A DNA stretch of 64,000 nt, from NCBI GenBank assembly GCA_021818475.1, contig JAKADZ010000001.1, positions 72,562 to 136,561 on the forward strand. The letters are read 5' to 3'. Numbering within the stretch: the first letter of the stretch is position 1; every line of letters begins with the position of its first letter. The translations under genes were made by a program, and so were the position numbers. Shown in pieces: positions 60,501 to 64,000 of the stretch. The notes beneath the pieces were generated by a model. It saw nothing but the letters and a program-made list of their open reading frames with translations, had not been told where the DNA came from and ran no database searches. This DNA is from Nanobdellota archaeon (GTDB lineage Archaea > Nanobdellota > Nanobdellia > Pacearchaeales > GW2011-AR1).

Positions 60501-63012
60501 TCAAAATTTAAGTGCTGCAACAGTGAATGTGTTAGATGACATGGCCCCGGGAATTTATAATATAACTTATCTGCCGAATACAACCGCAGGATTAGACCCC
60601 GGGATTCCTGTAAATATTAATGCAACAATTCTGGAGAATTACAATATCTCTTCTGTTTCTCTTATGTGGATGAATTTAAGCGACGGAGTCTGGCAGACAG
60701 TTCAGATGACAAATAATTCTGCGATACCAAATCAGCAGACCTCAAATATAATTTACAATGCAACATTTATCCCGCAAAATGGCACATACATTTTCAGGAT
60801 TAACGCAACAGATTCTGCAGGAAATAATAATTTATCTTCAAATTACACATTAGATGTTGAGAATGATACAAGTTACTGGAATTCAAGCAGTATACCTGCT
60901 ATAAAATCAATAGTCTACAATGACAGGAATACGACGAACAACCTCGGACTCTTATATCTGAATAATACGGGAGATACGACCCTGATATTTAATGTTTCTC
61001 TCAATTCTTCGTCGATAGGGAGCAGATTAAATATTAATTATACAGGAAATCAGAATGCAAGTTATACTCTTGCACCAAATCAGAATATAACTCTGACTGT
61101 TCTTGCAGATACAACAGGATTGACATCAAATTTATATCCTTATGGAATAACAATAAATTCTCAGGCAGGAACAACGGATTATTCTAACCAGTTAAATATC
61201 CAAACCTCATCAGGACCTTATCTTTCAACATCGATAACACAGTATTCACCCAGCGTTACGAGAGGCCAAACTGATGTGGAATTAGTGGCAGGCGTTTCTA
61301 ATTTCGGAAGCCAGGATGCATCAGGAGTTTCATTAAGCTGGACTCTCCCATCAGGATTTACACTTACTTCAGGTAGCCTTTCAAGAACATTCGCATCAAT
61401 TCCAGTAGGTTCAACATTCACAGACACAATTAAAGTGTCGGTTTCAGACAGCATAACTGATGCACAGGTAAATTTAAGCGCTGCAGCATTAGCATCTGAT
61501 GGAACTAATTCAACTGATTCAAAAATAATTTCAATATCAAACCCGATAATTCAGACCCAGACAGTAACAGTAGGTGGCGGGGGAGTAGTAAGCGGAGGAG
61601 GGCTGATAAATGCAGTTGTTGCGCCGACGGTATATAGTCAGGAAGTAGAAGTTGTCAGGGGAACAGAAAATACATTTAAGGTGGAAGTTCAAAATAATTA
61701 TGTCGGAACAACATTGGGAAATATTTCATTAAACATTGCTGGGTTCCCAAGCCAATACGTCTCCATTTCTCCTGACTCAACATCAAATCTTTCTTATGGG
61801 GATAAAAAAGTTTTCACGGTAAAAGTTTCTGCACCGTCTTACTCCGGTTATGAAATTCATGACTTAGTTGCAAGTATTTCCGGGACTATGAGTAATGCAA
61901 ATTTTACAAAGAGTTATTCTGAGACACAGAATATAAAATTGACAATACAGCAGGTTTCAAAAACAGATGCAGAAGCAAAATTGCAGCAGGCAGTTCAGGC
62001 TATTCAGGATATGAAAGGAAAAAATTTTACAACTTCCTCTGTTGAAGAAATGCTTACAAATGCACAATACTGGCTTAACACTGCAAAAATTTATCAGGGT
62101 TCAACGAATTTTTCAGATGCTATAATCAAGCAAAAACAGACCGCATTTCAGGCAGATGATTTGCTAAGAAGAGATATTGCCGCGCTGTATGACCCAAAAA
62201 GTAATTATCTTCTTGTCGGCGGAGTTATATTCGGTTCAAATAATTATAATAATCAGAGCTCATTGAGAAGTTTGATGAATGGCAATGCAGTTTTTGCAAG
62301 CACTTCAGTGGAAGATATAATTGATTTAGGGGTAGCTGCATTTGAAAGGGGAGATTATTCATCTGCAATGTCAAGAGCAGAACAGGCAAGAGATCTTCTG
62401 ATATTAGAAAGGAAAGGCAATTTGCTGTTTTTCATTTATACTTACTGGGAATTTTTGCTTCTCGGATTAATATTATTCTCCGCAGTTGGGGCAGTCGGGT
62501 ATAGGAAATATCAAAAGGTAAGAATAGCAGACAGGATAAAAAGTTTGGAAGAAAGAGAAGAAACTATTGATAAGAAAAAAGCAGATGCGGAAAGACAATA
62601 TTTCGCAGGAAAAATTTCTGAATCAGAGCACAGATTATCTCAGATGCAGTATGATGAAGAACTTGCAAAAATAAAAAAATTAAGGGGAACTCTTGCAAAT
62701 AAGAGGATAAAATTAATTATTCCTGCAAAAGTGAGTGAAGATTTAGACAGGGAAACTAAAACAGTAGAAAATGAAATAAAAAAGATACAGGAAAAATATT
62801 ACAAAGATAAAACTCTATCCGGAAATGAATACAAAACACAGTTTGAGGGATTAAATGAAAGGCTTGCAGAAATAGAAGATGAAAGAATGAAACTGCATTT
62901 ATCAAAAAACAAAGAAAAAAAATCATTCTTTCCAAAAAGGAGAAATAAAAAAGAAGAAGAAATAAAAAAGAAGATTGAACAAATCTTGAAGGAGAAAAAT
63001 GAAAAGAAATAA
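57571..63012 (+). CDS. giant (1813 aa) surface protein: N-terminal signal anchor, many beta-sandwich modules with very dense N-x-S/T sequons, helical module, TM helix, K/E-rich cytoplasmic tail
   Basis: Single uninterrupted ORF. N-terminal hydrophobic segment IFFLIFTVFFISIINAA, repeated ~100-aa N/T/S-rich modules, TM helix YWEFLLLGLILFSAVGAVGY near residue 1620, then a charged tail. Confidence 0.9.
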   Translation: MLKEGEEVKINEKFCSEPPKILSLKKIFFLIFTVFFISIINAAGYIPTNYTTFILHNESDSLFTNYKIMQNTSVDAGLSTESLSLATNGNTYCFATEWISPSYPLAGLFNGTWTFNMYSNCSKNLANNQYYTLARIVKVNSTGEYNVTNTTTNGVACATGAPVLKSWTYLVPYNESLNLTAGERVGVQFCIRIAGGAAATTRMQWEDNFPSSVNIPVQLFDNQPPLVNVSSPILNYRYPNGTILVNFSAIDTTTAISSLWFNNGTNNITYTSPVYITLAAGNKSLFFYANDSVNNLNYTQVNFTINQAPNLSAIYAYPSPIKGGNTITINATVSDLNNDSLSFYCTELNQSPISANSYCTGGNTNMASPYNLSCTYATTADSSTHTVYCRAFDGLAYSSTVNTTYTTNSTVLTTSVISVAGDTAPSYIDNVNDGRTDILVSGQNGMSCRWSPNDLSYSSMSNDCTISGSIANCSVTGISQGFNTEHVSCMDSLGNEQNANQNLDISFYLDYTAPTTSDNSSSAVHLPGYSAMILESDNVDPDPKTYYCVDTTNTCTPTNAIDNGSSVTFNTRGTNYLRYYSVDFAGNTQSVQSKTISINQLPTFISAGDNADTIQGGTQVSVYTVSSDNDTGQTLSLFVCKSSGANSSGCAGATYCNSTGTVNPGCSFYSENDSATHNWYVYIYDSLGEAASNNPMTGSYTTDSTAPVITITSPSANQIIPGNSATFTMVVNEPLSWAAYSIDGNQNVTMTNISAFTWTQTNTSISNKNNYTVTFYANDSYNNLAQSTINFTIDSTRTDTTPPVITILSPVNNTYYTTSTILLNITTDEALSWAGYKLDSGALTNLGNVSSIEWNGTITTTEGAHNITFYANDSSSNKNQANETVPFYVDLTNPQINSFSCTTPVNDSANVNCSASVSDSVGLGYAIINYNSTGAWQNSSQINLAGTSSSFNYTISAGNTTPGSFGVNLYLFDNAGNQNLSAATVNVLDDMAPGIYNITYLPNTTAGLDPGIPVNINATILENYNISSVSLMWMNLSDGVWQTVQMTNNSAIPNQQTSNIIYNATFIPQNGTYIFRINATDSAGNNNLSSNYTLDVENDTSYWNSSSIPAIKSIVYNDRNTTNNLGLLYLNNTGDTTLIFNVSLNSSSIGSRLNINYTGNQNASYTLAPNQNITLTVLADTTGLTSNLYPYGITINSQAGTTDYSNQLNIQTSSGPYLSTSITQYSPSVTRGQTDVELVAGVSNFGSQDASGVSLSWTLPSGFTLTSGSLSRTFASIPVGSTFTDTIKVSVSDSITDAQVNLSAAALASDGTNSTDSKIISISNPIIQTQTVTVGGGGVVSGGGLINAVVAPTVYSQEVEVVRGTENTFKVEVQNNYVGTTLGNISLNIAGFPSQYVSISPDSTSNLSYGDKKVFTVKVSAPSYSGYEIHDLVASISGTMSNANFTKSYSETQNIKLTIQQVSKTDAEAKLQQAVQAIQDMKGKNFTTSSVEEMLTNAQYWLNTAKIYQGSTNFSDAIIKQKQTAFQADDLLRRDIAALYDPKSNYLLVGGVIFGSNNYNNQSSLRSLMNGNAVFASTSVEDIIDLGVAAFERGDYSSAMSRAEQARDLLILERKGNLLFFIYTYWEFLLLGLILFSAVGAVGYRKYQKVRIADRIKSLEEREETIDKKKADAERQYFAGKISESEHRLSQMQYDEELAKIKKLRGTLANKRIKLIIPAKVSEDLDRETKTVENEIKKIQEKYYKDKTLSGNEYKTQFEGLNERLAEIEDERMKLHLSKNKEKKSFFPKRRNKKEEEIKKKIEQILKEKNEKK

Positions 63013-63916
63013 AAAAATAATCCTTCTGATTGGAATAAGTTTATTCTTCATTTTTCTGGGGCAGATAAATCTGGGAAATTGTTTTTCCGAGAATTCAACT
63101 GGAAATTATACCCGTACAGAAGTGTTAATCGAATTGAATAAATCAGTTGAACTGATAAATGAAATGAAAGAGAATAATTTTTCAGTAGGTTATGTAAATG
63201 ACACTCTTACCGATGCGCTCATGATTTTAAAACAGGTCGATTATGCAGAAATACTCCGAGGAAATGTAAATGCAACAAATATTGAAAAATTTAATGCGCA
63301 GAATGCATTAAGCTTGATAGATTGGGAAGATTTAACTTATAATGATGTTATAAATTACACCGAGGAAATACAATCTAGAAGAGACCAGGCATTTGAAATT
63401 TATGATTCTCTTACTATTATAAAAATAGAGATTGAAAAATATAAGAGTCAGGGGATAAATATGAATGAATCAATAAATATTTTCAATCAGGCAAATGATT
63501 CATTTTATGGAGACAGGTATGGCGAAGCAGAGAATTTAATAAATCAGGCAAGACAAAGTATAGACACCACAGTGTCAGGTTCTTCTTCCGCAGGACAATT
63601 CAAAAAATATGCAGTTGCAGTTGTTGAAAAAGATTGGTATTATATTTTGGGAATATTGATAATTGCAGGATTTGCAGCGTATGTATTAAGCAGAAGAGTA
63701 AGGAAGAAAAAGCTTGAAAAAAAAATAAAAGATATGAAAGCAGAACTTGATGCACTTTCTAATCTGGAAAAAAAAGCCCAGACAGAACGGTTTAAAGAAA
63801 ATAAAATATCCGAATTAACTTACAGAATACGGATGAAAAAATATCAGGAAAGAACAAACTGGATAAAAGAGGAAATCCCCGTATTAGAATCAAGATTAAA
63901 AAAATTTAAAAGATAA
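62999..63916 (+). CDS. secreted/anchored protein paralogous to the C-terminal module of the giant protein
   Basis: Signal peptide (IILLIGISLFFIFLGQINLGNC), a helical ectodomain, TM helix WYYILGILIIAGFAAYVL and a K/E-rich tail. It shares strings with the giant protein (MKxxNF, GDxYxxAxxxxxQAR, KISExxxR). Overlaps the upstream stop by 14 nt. Confidence 0.75.
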   Translation: MKRNKKIILLIGISLFFIFLGQINLGNCFSENSTGNYTRTEVLIELNKSVELINEMKENNFSVGYVNDTLTDALMILKQVDYAEILRGNVNATNIEKFNAQNALSLIDWEDLTYNDVINYTEEIQSRRDQAFEIYDSLTIIKIEIEKYKSQGINMNESINIFNQANDSFYGDRYGEAENLINQARQSIDTTVSGSSSAGQFKKYAVAVVEKDWYYILGILIIAGFAAYVLSRRVRKKKLEKKIKDMKAELDALSNLEKKAQTERFKENKISELTYRIRMKKYQERTNWIKEEIPVLESRLKKFKR

Positions 63917-63935
63917 AGAAACTTTAAAATAAAAG

Positions 63936-64000
63936 ATGAGTAAAAAAAAGAAGGTGGAAAAAACTGATATTAAGTTTGATAAGCCGGTAGTGTGGACTCC
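63936..64000 (+). CDS. hypothetical protein, N-terminal part only (runs off window end)
   Basis: The ATG at 63936 opens MSKKKKVEKTDIKFDKPVVWT..., which stays open to the window end. Confidence 0.3.
   Translation, partial: MSKKKKVEKTDIKFDKPVVWT

Overview
This is a strongly AT-rich archaeal chromosome segment, most consistent with a small-genome DPANN-type archaeon. The evidence is:
- an archaeal rpoH-rpoB-rpoA-nusA-rps12-rps7 block, followed by aEF-2 and aEF-1alpha
- archaeal DnaG, SMC, RNase HII and Lhr
- tRNA-Tyr with C1:G72, and an intron-containing initiator tRNA with A1:U72
- palindromic TTTATAAA TATA boxes 20-24 nt upstream of many start codons, which implies largely leaderless genes

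Functional blocks, in order:
- an Fe-S and metal cluster (ArsR-NifS-FeoA-DUF1858-hemerythrin-IscU)
- a copper module (HMA-permease-cupredoxin fusion, CopZ, CopA)
- a minus-strand accessory island (MazEF, a tail-fibre-like secreted protein with an S74 intramolecular-chaperone domain, and a Cys-rich/CARDB membrane protein)
- a complete dNTP-synthesis module (class II RNR, dCTP deaminase, ThyA, DHFR, thioredoxin)
- the transcription/translation block, interrupted by a CARDB protein plus a MacB-type ABC transporter
- several surface proteins, including one of 1813 aa
- a ClpB-D2-like AAA+ gene that is split at a classic -1 slippery heptamer

I saw no rRNA, CRISPR array, integrase, transposase or reverse transcriptase.

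The most unusual signal is non-coding. A family of GC-enriched modules shares a CATTTG-Nx-CGAATG hairpin. At four loci (Lhr 3' end, aEF-2 3' end, tRNA-Tyr 3' end, tRNA-Lys 5' end) these modules sit between a functional gene terminus and one or two displaced copies of that same terminus. For the two protein genes, the displaced copies differ almost only by synonymous or conservative changes. Related modules form mosaics in other intergenic regions and lie directly upstream of the nifS and rpoA start codons.
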